Assembly (NCBI GenBank): GCA_004193595.1
Contig: RPGQ01000024.1
Span: forward strand, 16,017-80,016
From: Desulfobacteraceae bacterium Eth-SRB2
GTDB taxonomy: Bacteria > Desulfobacterota > Desulfobacteria > Desulfobacterales > UBA11574
Direction of reading: 5' to 3'
Length of the DNA: 64,000 nt
In this document: in pieces, positions 10,484-20,784 of the stretch
How the letters are laid out: every line of letters starts with the position of its first letter
Numbering within the stretch: the stretch's first letter is position 1
Notes under the pieces: generated by a model
What the model was told of the DNA's origin: nothing
The model's input: the letters and a program-made list of their open reading frames with translations, nothing else
The model's database searches: none
Made by a program: the position numbers and the translations under genes

Positions 10484-11477
10484 AAGGAAAACCATTTTCC
10501 ACATAATTCTTTTATTATTCCTTTTAGTGCTTGCCGCCTGCGCCACAAGTACCCGGTCGCATCACAAGACTTCTGAAATTCGCATTAATGACGACTTTAT
10601 CATTGTCAAAGCAACCGCCAAAGACACGCTTTCTTCCCTTGCCGCCGAATACTTGAACGATCCGTCCAAAGGGTGGTTAATCGCCGAATTTAATCATATT
10701 AAAAGCCTGACTTCCGGACAGGAATTGTGCATCCCCCTATTCCCTTTCAATAAGGGCGGCCTTAAATCCGGAGGTTTTCAAACCGTCCCGGTTTTGGCAT
10801 ATTACAGTTTTTCCAAAAACAAACCAAGTAAAATATCAATCACTCAAGACGACTTTAAAGCCCAGATGAAATATCTTAAGGAAAACGGCTATCATGTTAT
10901 CACCCTGAATCAATTATTGGGATTTTTCGATTACCAGGAACAGATACCTGATAAATCTGTTGCAATTACATTTGACGACGGATGGATCTCCGTATATGAC
11001 ATCGCTTTTCCCATATTGAAAGAATATGGTTTCCCGGCTACAATTTTTATTTACACTGATTTTATCGGCGGCGGAAAAGCCATGTCCTGGAAACAAATCA
11101 AAGAGCTTTCAGACGCCGGTTTTGATATCCAATGCCAAACCAAAACCCACCGAAATCTGACAGAGCTTAGAGAAAAGGAGTCGTTTAAAGAATACTTCAA
11201 ATCCCTTGAAATGGAGATAAGTTACCCCAAAAAGGTTATCAAAAAGAAACTGAATAAAGAATGCGAATGTCTGGCATATCCTTACGGTATAACGAACAAT
11301 CTCGTCATTGCCATGTTAAAAAAATACGGCTACCGTGCCGCGTTCACCGTGGATAATAAATCGAATCCGTTTTTTATTGATAAATACAAAATCAATCGAT
11401 CGGCAATTTACGGCAAATATGATATTGAAAAGTTTAAAAAAAGACTGTCCGTATTCCAAAACATGGAATTGAAATGA
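10464..11477 (+). CDS. lipoprotein: LysM domain plus polysaccharide deacetylase (NodB-type)
   Basis: Lipobox LLLFLLVLAAC. LysM-like segment (IIVKATAKDTLSSLAAEYLND). NodB motif ITFDDGWISVYDIAFPILKEYGFPATIF. Confidence 0.78.
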   Translation: MQPLANKRKTIFHIILLLFLLVLAACATSTRSHHKTSEIRINDDFIIVKATAKDTLSSLAAEYLNDPSKGWLIAEFNHIKSLTSGQELCIPLFPFNKGGLKSGGFQTVPVLAYYSFSKNKPSKISITQDDFKAQMKYLKENGYHVITLNQLLGFFDYQEQIPDKSVAITFDDGWISVYDIAFPILKEYGFPATIFIYTDFIGGGKAMSWKQIKELSDAGFDIQCQTKTHRNLTELREKESFKEYFKSLEMEISYPKKVIKKKLNKECECLAYPYGITNNLVIAMLKKYGYRAAFTVDNKSNPFFIDKYKINRSAIYGKYDIEKFKKRLSVFQNMELK

Positions 11478-12790
11478 AAAGGTTGTGTAACATTTATTTA
11501 TTATTATTTGTTTTGTTCATTTTCACCGGATGCGCCGGTGTGCGGGAGTTTCTCGGAGATGTCACCGATAAAATTGAAGAAAAGAATCCCCCAAAAACCC
11601 CCGAGGACACTAAAGTTTTACCCGCTTCTTCTTATCTGGAAAAAGCGCTGGAATATGAAAAAAAGAATGAATTGCAAACCGCCCTTTTTTACATGCGAAT
11701 TGCCGGAACACTAAATCCGGACAGCACAAAAATTCCTGAAAAGATAGCCTCTTTAAAATCTACCATCAATTATAAGGCAAGACAGCATTTTACAAAGGGT
11801 GTGAAATTTTGTGAAAAAAGAAGATTCAAAGACGCACGAAGGCAGTTTCTGATAACGTTAAGATATTCCCCTAATCATAAAGAGGCGTTAGACTATTTAA
11901 AAAACAGGTTAGATTCAAAAAAATACCTAAACTATAAAGTCAAAGAAAAAGACACCCTTAAAGATATTTCAAAAAAATTTTACAAAAATCCTTCAAAAGA
12001 TTTTCTGATCGCCTATTTCAATAATCTTAAAGCCGGTAACCCACCCGTATCCGGGACCATTCTTGAAATACCCGTACTCGAATCAAAATTTAACCGATTC
12101 CCAATCGATATCCCCATTGAACTGATAAAAGCGGAAAACCTTTTGATAGAAAAAAAATGTAAAGAGGCGTTGGATATTACAGAAAAAATTCTTGAATATG
12201 ATCATTTGAACAAAAAGGCATCTGATTTAAAAAATTCTGCCTATTACCAGATGGGGATAGAGTTAAGCGGACAAAAAAAATATCCGGAAGCCATAAAGAT
12301 GTTCAAAAAGGTAACTCCCGAATATCCGGGGGTTAAAGAAGCAATACAACAGGTAATTAACAAAGAATTGATCAAGGCTAAAACCCTTTTAAAAGAAAAA
12401 CAATATGAACAGGTATTCGCGGTGGCAGGAAAAATTTTAGATTATGACAAATCCAATAAAGCGGCCGAAGATCTGATCAACATCACTTTTTGTCAACAAG
12501 GCAAGGACTTGATCATTCGAAAAAACTATACCCAGGCATTAAATGTGCTTAACAGGGCAAACCCTCAATATGATTGCGTTAAAAAAACCATATCTGATGT
12601 TTACAAAGCTAAGAATAAACAGGCTGAAGTACATTACCTTAACGGCGTCAAACATTTTTTGAATGAAGAATTACAAAGCGCCATAAAGGAATGGGAAAAG
12701 GCGTTAGCCCTGAATCCCGAGCACAAAAAAGCAAAAAAAAATATCAATAACGCCCGGAATTTGTTAAAAAAATTAGAAAAGGTAAAATAG
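11474..12790 (+). CDS. TPR-repeat lipoprotein (LysM-like segment present)
   Basis: Lipobox LLFVLFIFTGCAG. Repeated helical TPR-like units. ALNPEHKKAKKNINNAR at the C-terminus. Overlaps the previous gene by 4 nt. Confidence 0.68.
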   Translation: MKRLCNIYLLLFVLFIFTGCAGVREFLGDVTDKIEEKNPPKTPEDTKVLPASSYLEKALEYEKKNELQTALFYMRIAGTLNPDSTKIPEKIASLKSTINYKARQHFTKGVKFCEKRRFKDARRQFLITLRYSPNHKEALDYLKNRLDSKKYLNYKVKEKDTLKDISKKFYKNPSKDFLIAYFNNLKAGNPPVSGTILEIPVLESKFNRFPIDIPIELIKAENLLIEKKCKEALDITEKILEYDHLNKKASDLKNSAYYQMGIELSGQKKYPEAIKMFKKVTPEYPGVKEAIQQVINKELIKAKTLLKEKQYEQVFAVAGKILDYDKSNKAAEDLINITFCQQGKDLIIRKNYTQALNVLNRANPQYDCVKKTISDVYKAKNKQAEVHYLNGVKHFLNEELQSAIKEWEKALALNPEHKKAKKNINNARNLLKKLEKVK

Positions 12791-13072
12791 TCTTACCGAA
12801 CTGTTGTTTGCTAAGATTGCTATGGCTTTTGGTTTCAGGTGTCAGGAATGATGAACAGAGGCGCTGGCACCTGAAACCTGACACCTAAAAAAAGCTCGCC
12901 CCGTGGGATTCACCGCAGGGAGTTCGAATAGCGGAGTCCCACAGGGAGAGCATTTAAAAAGTCAAACTTTAGGCACGTTAGCTGACTTTAAATTTTAGCA
13001 CTTAATCCAGTCCCCGAAAATCTTTGGCAAATTCCCCCAAAAAAAACATCTCATCCGGGGGTGGGAATTGAT

Positions 13073-13876
13073 TTAATATTTCATATACTCTTGCGGAGTG
13101 TTTTCAGCAATATACGTTACCGCATTATAAATACAAGTCCTGATCGCCTTTTCCATGGGGGTCTTTGCAAAGCCCCCTAAGCCGCCCCCCATGCCGCCAC
13201 TGCCGGTGAGTGCGAGAAGTGAGCCGCCAATATTGACACTTTTTCCCTCACCTTCTACACGGGTTGCCGCTAAAACTTCAGATGTATGAGCGTCAACGAT
13301 ACGAATATCCATAGCCATGGATGATTTTTTGAAAGCCCCGCGGGCAGCTCCAAACAAGGCCGAAGCTTTACCCAGCACACCACCGCCAAGTCCTCCGCCG
13401 CCACCGGAACTCGCCGGATCCCATCCGGTTATAGCGGCCATAATGAGCAGATCAGCCCCTTTGATTCCGCCTTTTTTAATGCCGCTTTTGTCTGAATATC
13501 CCTGTTTGGTTAATGCCATTTCCTGTTTAAGCGCATCAACATTCATGCGCTCCAACACCCGATATCTCTTGCTCTGTACCATAGCAGTGGTCAACATGTC
13601 TTTTAGACCGGTCATATATCCTGTATTCCGCTCATGGCTGACCGTGTACGATTGTCCTCCAAATCCTGAAATCTTGGTAGTACTGCCGCTCCCCCCGACT
13701 TTCCATTCGAATCCGGACACAGCGACTTTGGCTTTCGGTCCACTATAGGGTGGAAGCGCCATCTCCTCTCCCGTATCTGTCTTGGCGGTCGGCTTGACCA
13801 TGCTTTCCATACATCCTGATGTCATAAACAAAACCAGCAGCGGAATCAGAACCATTAAGAATAATTTCTTCTGCAT
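13073..13876 (-). CDS. CsgG-family (curli-type secretion channel) lipoprotein
   Basis: Lipobox LFMTSGC. Segments align to E. coli CsgG (TTAMVQSKRYRVLERMNVDALKQEMAL; GADLLIMAAITGWD; SGGGGGLGG; MDIRIVDAHTSEVLAATRVEG). AAGGAGG RBS. Confidence 0.72.
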   Translation of the reverse strand: MQKKLFLMVLIPLLVLFMTSGCMESMVKPTAKTDTGEEMALPPYSGPKAKVAVSGFEWKVGGSGSTTKISGFGGQSYTVSHERNTGYMTGLKDMLTTAMVQSKRYRVLERMNVDALKQEMALTKQGYSDKSGIKKGGIKGADLLIMAAITGWDPASSGGGGGLGGGVLGKASALFGAARGAFKKSSMAMDIRIVDAHTSEVLAATRVEGEGKSVNIGGSLLALTGSGGMGGGLGGFAKTPMEKAIRTCIYNAVTYIAENTPQEYMKY

Positions 13877-14060
13877 TGCAACCTCCTTGAATAATTTTGT
13901 TTTTATGAATTATAATAAATTTTGAAACGAGTTTGTGTTTGTATGCACATTTTAACGGAATAGAATGAATTGAGAAAGATTTAATCTAAAGGAATTGTAC
14001 TGTCAATCAGAAATATAGATACCAACGGACTTAGGCCCGAGATTCTCTTAATCCTTGAAT

Positions 14061-15266
14061 TCATCTCAACTCCATTTCATAACCCGCCATATTGAGCTTG
14101 TGGGCTATTTTTTCAACGTGGTCAGAGCCGCGTGTTTCCAGTTCCAAATCGACTCGTGTGACATAAATAGGCAAATCCCTTGCACGACGGTCATGATAAA
14201 TATGAAGAACATTTGCTTTAAGACCGGATATCAAGGCCAGCAATTGCGCCAAAGAACCGGGGGTGTCGGTCAGACGCACCCTTATGCGCATTATCCTGGC
14301 ATTTTTTAATAAGCCCTGACTCAGGATGCGGCCTAAAAGAGAGCTATCCACATTACCTCCGCTGATTAAAAGAACGACTCTGCTTCCCCGGGGAACAGTC
14401 ACGGAGCCGTTTAAAAGCGCTGCTAAAGGAACCGCCCCTGCGCCTTCAGCCAGTATCTTTTTTCGTTCCAGAAGCAACAGGATCGCCGCCGCAATTTGAT
14501 CTTCCTCCACCAAAACCACATCATCAACATGCTTTCTTATGATATCGAAATTCAGATTCCCCACCTGTTTAACATTTATTCCGTCGGCTATGGAGTGATG
14601 GGAATCGACTTTCGTTATTTTTCCATTGCGATACGATTCATAGGCCGAAGCACAGGCTGAAGATTGAACGCCGATGACTTTAACTCCCGGTCTGATTGAT
14701 TTTACTGTGGATGCAATACCTGAAATAATACCGCCACCACCGATGGGCACAAGAATCATGTCGGTCTCCTTGAGATCTTCCATAATTTCCAAACCCATGG
14801 TCCCCTGCCCCACAATAATATCAGGATCGTCAAAGGGATGAATAAAAGTTTTTCCTTGAAGAGCCATTTCTTCAGCTTTTTTTAAGGATTCTCCCAAACT
14901 CTGGCCCTCAATGACGACCTCTCCGCCATAGCCGCGCGTAGCTTCCTGTTTTGTGATAGAAGCCCATTCAGGCATCACTATAGTTGCCGGAATAAGCGCC
15001 TGTCTGGCGGCCAGGGCAACCCCTTGAGCATGATTTCCCGCAGAGGCCGTCACCACACCGCCATAACCCATTCTGTCTTTGTTTTTTAAAATACTATAGG
15101 TTGCCCCTCTGATTTTGAAGGATCCTGTTTTTTGAAGGTTTTCTAATTTAAGGTAAATCTCTCCGCCAAACATTTTACTTAGAGAAGGTGAATACACCAG
15201 CGGTGTTTTAATAACCTTCCCTTTAATCATCTTTGCGGCCTGTTGAACATTTTCAATGGAAATCAT
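14061..15266 (-). CDS. ilvA: threonine ammonia-lyase (threonine dehydratase), short form with C-terminal ACT-like domain
   Basis: PLP lysine motif SFKIRGA. Gly-rich loops GGGGIISG. 401 aa. Confidence 0.87.
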   Translation of the reverse strand: MISIENVQQAAKMIKGKVIKTPLVYSPSLSKMFGGEIYLKLENLQKTGSFKIRGATYSILKNKDRMGYGGVVTASAGNHAQGVALAARQALIPATIVMPEWASITKQEATRGYGGEVVIEGQSLGESLKKAEEMALQGKTFIHPFDDPDIIVGQGTMGLEIMEDLKETDMILVPIGGGGIISGIASTVKSIRPGVKVIGVQSSACASAYESYRNGKITKVDSHHSIADGINVKQVGNLNFDIIRKHVDDVVLVEEDQIAAAILLLLERKKILAEGAGAVPLAALLNGSVTVPRGSRVVLLISGGNVDSSLLGRILSQGLLKNARIMRIRVRLTDTPGSLAQLLALISGLKANVLHIYHDRRARDLPIYVTRVDLELETRGSDHVEKIAHKLNMAGYEMELR

Positions 15267-15308
15267 AGGTCAATCCTTTCTTGCTCAACCATTTTTCACC
15301 CAACTATT

Positions 15309-15584
15309 CAGGGTAAACACATTTAATTTCGGTGCAGCGCAGCGACGGCGTGTTTCTCTTGGAAACCGACTGACTGTTTGAAGGACTTTAGCACGCGTTA
15401 GCCCGAGCCGAATGAAATTATGACCTAAAAAATCAATGGGATAATTCAGCAACGAATTGTTCTTAATAACTCCGGCGCGGCTCGGGCTTACGGGTGCTTG
15501 AGCCCAAGTTTCAGTCGGTTGGAAAGAGATACACGCCGTCGTGGAGCGTTCTCCCTGTATTGGGATTCAAATGCGTTTGCCCTG
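15309..15584. mobile_element. MITE family 2 (276 bp) inserted just upstream of ilvA
   Basis: Terminal inverted repeats CAGGGTAAACACATTT (15309-15324) and AAATGCGTTTGCCCTG (15569-15584). Flanked by a 10-bp direct repeat CCCAACTATT (15299-15308 and 15585-15594), consistent with a TSD. The interior is rich in long palindromes. Confidence 0.7.
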
Positions 15585-15756
15585 CCCAACTATTTGACGA
15601 AAATTTAATTTTATTCTATTTATTAGTATGTATGCAATAATTCATCTTGTTTTTCAATAACAATTACTTAAACCTATATTTTAAGTATAATATCAAAACC
15701 ATCTGTTATTTTATATGATATATTCTAACTAGAAACAAACTATCAAGGATAAGGTT

Positions 15757-16554
15757 ATGAAAATCACCCATTGGCTTGAAGAACGATTACTTCAGGTTGT
15801 CGATTGTTTCTATGCGCACCTGTCGCAACCCATCCCCGATAAAGAACTATTGAAACAGTGTAAAATTGTCTCACATCGGGGAGAGCATGATAATAAGACG
15901 GTTTTTGAGAATACAATCTCTGCATTTGACCGTGTAAAAAAAGCCGGCGTGTGGGGTATAGAATTTGATATCCGGTGGACCAAAGATCTGCAACCGGTTG
16001 TCTTTCATGATACCAACCTTCAAAGAGTGTTTAAGTCTGATATAGAGGTAAACAAGGTAACACTTGCCGAGTTAAAAAAACATTGTCACTTGATCCCTTC
16101 TCTTTCCCAAGTCATTCAAAAGTATAGCAAAACCTTACACCTTATGGTTGAAATCAAGGAAGAAGAATATCCTGATCCCGTATATCAAAACAATGTGTTG
16201 AAAGATCTTTTCGATCCGCTGACGCCTCAGGTTGATTTTCATTTCATTTCTCTGCGGCCCGAGATGTTCAGCTTGATTAACTTTGTACCTTCAACAACAT
16301 TTCTTCCCAGCGCCCGGCTCAACGTTAAACGGCTAAGTAATCTGGCCCTTTGGAAAAAATACCGGGGAGTTACGGGGCATTACTTCTTAATCACCGATGC
16401 CGTATTGAAAAAACATCATAAGCAACGTCAACGCATTGGAACAGGATATATTGGTTCTAAAAATTGTTTATCCCGTGAGCTCAACAGGGGAATAGAATGG
16501 ATTTTTTCAAACAATGCGGTAGAACTTCAGAACATATGTAATTCGCTTCTCTAG
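15757..16554 (+). CDS. glycerophosphodiester phosphodiesterase family protein
   Basis: GDPD catalytic motifs (IVSHRGEHDNKTVFENTISAFDRVKKAGVWGIEFDIRWTKDLQPVVFHD). Confidence 0.8.
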   Translation: MKITHWLEERLLQVVDCFYAHLSQPIPDKELLKQCKIVSHRGEHDNKTVFENTISAFDRVKKAGVWGIEFDIRWTKDLQPVVFHDTNLQRVFKSDIEVNKVTLAELKKHCHLIPSLSQVIQKYSKTLHLMVEIKEEEYPDPVYQNNVLKDLFDPLTPQVDFHFISLRPEMFSLINFVPSTTFLPSARLNVKRLSNLALWKKYRGVTGHYFLITDAVLKKHHKQRQRIGTGYIGSKNCLSRELNRGIEWIFSNNAVELQNICNSLL

Positions 16555-16595
16555 GCATTTTAGATCATTTCAGGGATTTGAAAAGACCCATATCA

Positions 16596-17825
16596 TCACA
16601 GATTTGATGCAAGCTCAAGCTGATTCTTGTTAATGCCAAGATGAAACTCTGGATGGATAAGCTCATGATGTTGTTCAATAAATGGCATATAGACCAGCAG
16701 ATAACTTTTCGGTTTTATCCTTATATCCCGGAGTTTTGGGAAAAGGTCTTTTTGGGGTTTCATAAAACTGGCCAGATTTAGGGTAAGGCTTTCAATGGCT
16801 TCCTCAATCGGTAACGTTACGGGATGGAGCCGGGTGTCCGGCAATTCCCTGACCAGTTTTTCCTGTGGTTGTGCAAGGGTTATACTGCGAGCAAGACGCA
16901 GGAACACCTGGGGTCTGACCTTGAACCCCAAGGCCCAAAAACGAAATTCCACATCTTCCCATTTTTTCTTAATCGCTTTCGGTATATTGGCAATCCTGAC
17001 CAGATCCGCATACGAACTGAGCGTTATCCCGGTAACATCCGCCTTTATACGCCAGAATGGGAAATAAATAATATTTTCCTCTTTTGCCGGCAGGATTGCG
17101 AATTTCAGCTTTTTGAATCCATTTGCAGTTGGCCTCCAGACCGAATTGCAGTTCTTGCAGTTCAGAACCAGAGCATCTCGCCGGCCTTCTAAATCCCATC
17201 CGCAATTCGGACAAAGCGTGGGGATAAAATTAATGCGGCCGTGGGGACGTCCGCCCTGAAGAAGTGTCGCGTCAAAACCATCCGGCAGTACCGGCGAAAC
17301 CGGCTTGTTCAATATAGCGTCAAATATTTTATCATTTGCATAAAAAGGGGAATAAATAAGACTGAGGGTTTCACCAATATGTGACTGGTGAAAAACGGGA
17401 TTGGGTAAAGAAATGTTGTAGCGGTGATTAAAAATATTCATCACGTTATTAAAGGGCTGGGTCGGCTTCAGAAAATATCCCTTGCTCTCCGGGGTAACAA
17501 AATTAAGCTTAAGCGCCTGACTGCGAAGTCCCACGGAAATTGGAAAATAACTGGATTCCACGGCCTGGTGACTGAAATCTATAAACCTGTGTTTTATTCC
17601 GTCTTCCACACAGGAAAAAATCATCCCTTTAAATCTCCAGTAGGGGAAAAACAATAGATCTTTATTTTTCGGAGCGGAGTTGGGAAGCATATAGCGAAAA
17701 AATTCCTTTTGAAGCAGATAGGATTTTACCCGGCAGAACTCGCAGGCAAAGAGTCGATCTGTTTCTTTCAGGATAGCCGGTGCTCCGCACTGCGGGCATT
17801 GATGTTCGATCAGTATGTCAGACAT
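16596..17825 (-). CDS. hypothetical protein with N-terminal and central zinc-ribbon motifs
   Basis: CPQCGAP..CEFCRV and CPNCGW...CKNCNSVW. The ORF-track start at 17843 is TTG. The ATG at 17823-17825 (MSDILIEHQCPQCG) is preferred. Same strand as, and immediately downstream of, the SPFH gene. Confidence 0.55.
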   Translation of the reverse strand: MSDILIEHQCPQCGAPAILKETDRLFACEFCRVKSYLLQKEFFRYMLPNSAPKNKDLLFFPYWRFKGMIFSCVEDGIKHRFIDFSHQAVESSYFPISVGLRSQALKLNFVTPESKGYFLKPTQPFNNVMNIFNHRYNISLPNPVFHQSHIGETLSLIYSPFYANDKIFDAILNKPVSPVLPDGFDATLLQGGRPHGRINFIPTLCPNCGWDLEGRRDALVLNCKNCNSVWRPTANGFKKLKFAILPAKEENIIYFPFWRIKADVTGITLSSYADLVRIANIPKAIKKKWEDVEFRFWALGFKVRPQVFLRLARSITLAQPQEKLVRELPDTRLHPVTLPIEEAIESLTLNLASFMKPQKDLFPKLRDIRIKPKSYLLVYMPFIEQHHELIHPEFHLGINKNQLELASNL

Positions 17826-17947
17826 TTTCCGAATAAAAGTCAATTACATCTCTAAAAGAGATACAATAACTGTAACGTTTTAGATTGTTGAAAATATTGA
17901 TGATTCATGTATAAATTATATGTTCCGGAAATGTAACTTGCCTGCAC

Positions 17948-19078
17948 TTAAAGCTTCTCCCCGCACTGGTTACAAAATGTCGACTCCGCAACGTTCTCGC
18001 TGCCACATTTTGAGCAAAACTTTGGCTTTGGCTTTTCTTCTGTGGGATGGCCGCAGCGTGAGCAGAACTTTGCGCTGGGAGTCAGGTTTTTGCCACATTT
18101 TGTACACTGTTTAAAAACAAGTTGCTGGTGACCGCAAAACGGGCAGAATTTTGCATCCGGGGGAATGGGTTTGTTACAATCCGGGCATGAAATCTCTTGC
18201 TGGGTGCCGGGTTGCCGGGATTGGTGCTGTGCTCCGGAAAAGTATTGGGAAAACATGGCCGGCATCATCAATCCGAGTCCCATGCCCATCCCGGGACCGG
18301 CGCCGCCTTCGGCTTCCGAAGCTTTTTCCATGGCCATGGCCGCTTTCATCTGCATGAGTTTATTCATATCTTCGAAAACACCCATACGGCTCCGGTCGTC
18401 GATGGCCTTCTGAACCTCGGGCGGGGGGGTGATGGCATTGACATATAAATGGGTGAGTCCGAGACCGAAGCTGCTGAAATCCTTCCGGAGACGTTTGACC
18501 ATACCCTCGGACAGCTCTTCGTATCTTGCAGGAAGGTTCAGGATCGAGTCGATTGTCTCTCCCATGTAATCGTTGAACCTTGAAACGATAACACGGTTAA
18601 GATATTCTTCAATCTCCCGGGTGGTATACATGCCCTGGGTGCCCACAAGGCTGTTTATAAACAACACCGGTTGCATGACCTGAAGATTAAAGACTCCAAA
18701 AGCCCTGAGCCTGATCAGACCCAGTTCGGAATCCTTAAAGGCCACAGGGTCGCGGGTCCCCCATTTGAGATTTGTGAATACCTTAATATTTACGAAATAG
18801 ACTTCCGCCCGAAGGGGGCTGGTAAGTCCCCATGGCAGGCTGAGAATTTTTGTCAAAATGGGGATGTTTGCTGTTTTAAGGGTGTGCCGTCCCGACCCAA
18901 AAGCGTCTATGGCCTTACCCTGATAAAAAAAGACGCCTGCCTGACTTTCCCTTACCGTAAGCTGAGCCCCGTATTTGATTTCCCCGGAACCTTTCTGAGG
19001 GAGTCGATGAACAAGTTCCTTGCCGGTATCGTCGAACCATTCCAGATTTTCCAAAAAAACAATATTGTTGGTGCCCAT
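17948..19078 (-). CDS. SPFH/band-7 domain protein with three C-terminal zinc-ribbons (COG4260-like)
   Basis: SPFH-like N-terminal 250 aa. C-terminus CPDCNKPIPPDAKFCPFCG / CTKCGKNLTPSAKFCSRCG / CSKCGSENVAESTFCNQCG. AGGGAG RBS. Confidence 0.72.
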   Translation of the reverse strand: MGTNNIVFLENLEWFDDTGKELVHRLPQKGSGEIKYGAQLTVRESQAGVFFYQGKAIDAFGSGRHTLKTANIPILTKILSLPWGLTSPLRAEVYFVNIKVFTNLKWGTRDPVAFKDSELGLIRLRAFGVFNLQVMQPVLFINSLVGTQGMYTTREIEEYLNRVIVSRFNDYMGETIDSILNLPARYEELSEGMVKRLRKDFSSFGLGLTHLYVNAITPPPEVQKAIDDRSRMGVFEDMNKLMQMKAAMAMEKASEAEGGAGPGMGMGLGLMMPAMFSQYFSGAQHQSRQPGTQQEISCPDCNKPIPPDAKFCPFCGHQQLVFKQCTKCGKNLTPSAKFCSRCGHPTEEKPKPKFCSKCGSENVAESTFCNQCGEKL

Positions 19079-19200
19079 AATTGTTTTCTCCCTTTAAAGT
19101 GAATTTCTTAAAGTTCAAAATGAACTAAATTGTATAACCTAAAGAATTCAATCATTTTATTTATTCAGAAACTGGGTTTTCAATAACCAAGAGTTTTGAT

Positions 19201-19653
19201 TTATACCCACCCGGACTTGTAGAATTGCTTCAACAGCTTACGTGTGGCAGCGCTGACCTTCAGGGTTTTGATATCCCTGGATGAGGCCCAGCATACATCG
19301 GTGGCATCATCACCCGGTCGGAGTTCTCCGCTCACATAATCGGCCGCCAGGTCCACAATAACATAGTGAAACAGGATTGCCCCTTCTGGGTCACGTTCAA
19401 TTACGTCAAATGTATATACAGGCTCTCCGGCCTGTATCGTCAGGCCGGTCTCTTCCCATATTTCCCGTTCTGCCGCTTCCCCAAGGGTTTCGCCCAACTC
19501 AACTGATCCTCCGGGAATGGTCCAGTGGTTTTTTGCAGGCGGTTTGCCACGCAGTACCAGCAAGACCTTGTCTTCCTTAAAAACAATCGCCCCCACTGCC
19601 ACAAGCGGACGGTTTGGATAAGCACCGCTTACTGGGATTTCCTGTTTTTCCAT
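19201..19653 (-). CDS. NUDIX hydrolase
   Basis: Nudix box GGSVELGETLGEAAEREIWEETGL. Confidence 0.82.
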   Translation of the reverse strand: MEKQEIPVSGAYPNRPLVAVGAIVFKEDKVLLVLRGKPPAKNHWTIPGGSVELGETLGEAAEREIWEETGLTIQAGEPVYTFDVIERDPEGAILFHYVIVDLAADYVSGELRPGDDATDVCWASSRDIKTLKVSAATRKLLKQFYKSGWV

Positions 19654-19696
19654 TGGCTGTTAGACCGTTTTAGCCCGAACGTTGCTTTGGCTTGAA

Positions 19697-20464
19697 TCAT
19701 ACGTTCTTTTTAAAATCTTCTATTCGTTGACAGATCGGAGCTATTTCCGAAAAACTTGTGCTAAGTTCCCTACCCTCAAGATTATCGATAAAAATAGCCT
19801 GCATATACGGAATCTCGGCAATCACCTTGTCACGGTTTATATTTTTATGCATGGTTTCTATGCTTTTTTCATCAAACTTGTTGAGTACAAAAAATATTTC
19901 GGCCCCCGCTTTTATGGCCATATCACTCATTTGCTCTGATAGCGCAAACGACTCAAAACAGGGATCCACAACTCCGATGATCATATCGCATTCCGCATCG
20001 ACTCTGCGACCAAAATGCTCAATACCGGCAGAAGTATCTACGATAACGATCTCATTTTCTTTAAAATCGAGTTTTGACAAAACCATTTTTGAAAGCACCC
20101 CCATGGGGCAGGCACATCCTTCTCCAAAATGATGAATCTTTCCAACAACAAGCAGCTTGATTCCGTCAGATTCAGTGATACAGTCCCCTGGAATTTCATT
20201 GATGCGTATTCTTTCTTTAAAAGGAACGGCATCTAAATTCTGGGGGAATGCCGACGCTGTCATTTCTCTAAATCCCTTTTTACCGCCCAGACTGTCCATT
20301 AATGAAACAGGATGGGAGATGCCAAGCAATCGGTGAAGACCATAATTCGATTCATCAGCATCCACCAGTAAAACACGGTACCCCCGATTTTTCAAAGCTC
20401 TTGCAATAAGGGCCGAAAGGGTGCTCTTTCCGCTGCCGCCTTTGCCACAAATTAAAACTTTCAT
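19697..20464 (-). CDS. CooC/AcsF-like P-loop ATPase (MinD/ParA superfamily) with internal CxC metal-binding motif
   Basis: Deviant Walker A ICGKGGSGKST. HFGEGCACPMG motif about 110 aa in. 255 aa. Confidence 0.72.
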   Translation of the reverse strand: MKVLICGKGGSGKSTLSALIARALKNRGYRVLLVDADESNYGLHRLLGISHPVSLMDSLGGKKGFREMTASAFPQNLDAVPFKERIRINEIPGDCITESDGIKLLVVGKIHHFGEGCACPMGVLSKMVLSKLDFKENEIVIVDTSAGIEHFGRRVDAECDMIIGVVDPCFESFALSEQMSDMAIKAGAEIFFVLNKFDEKSIETMHKNINRDKVIAEIPYMQAIFIDNLEGRELSTSFSEIAPICQRIEDFKKNV

Positions 20465-20784
20465 ACATCTTTCCCCTGTTCCTTTTTATTTTTTTCTATT
20501 ACCTTGTCCATCTCTATTTGCATGGCTTTGGGAAATATTTCCATGGCTTTTTCTAAAGTCACTGCATCAAGAATGGCCTGAAGTAATACAGGTCCTGATG
20601 GTGACATCAACTGCGTCTGTGCCATAAAAATGGGATCTCGGCTTTCATCATCAGATCCATCGGGTTTTATGGGTGTCAGTCGCCTTATGGCAGCAACTTT
20701 GATATCGGTGAAGGCTTCCTCACGGTAAAGATTATTCAGGTCCACGGTAAAGTCGATCTTGCTCTGCGGGTCATTACTGGGCAT
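20461..20784 (-). CDS. hypothetical protein, translationally coupled (ATGA overlap) to the CooC-like gene
   Basis: AAGGAGA RBS. 107 aa. No recognisable motif. Confidence 0.5.
   Translation of the reverse strand: MPSNDPQSKIDFTVDLNNLYREEAFTDIKVAAIRRLTPIKPDGSDDESRDPIFMAQTQLMSPSGPVLLQAILDAVTLEKAMEIFPKAMQIEMDKVIEKNKKEQGKDV

Noticed and set aside
12890-12950. tRNA-like motif ggagttcgaatagcgg in the TPR/CsgG intergenic region
   Set aside because: No acceptor or anticodon stems, and the stems flanking the TTCGAAT are not complementary. Only imperfect palindromes are present.
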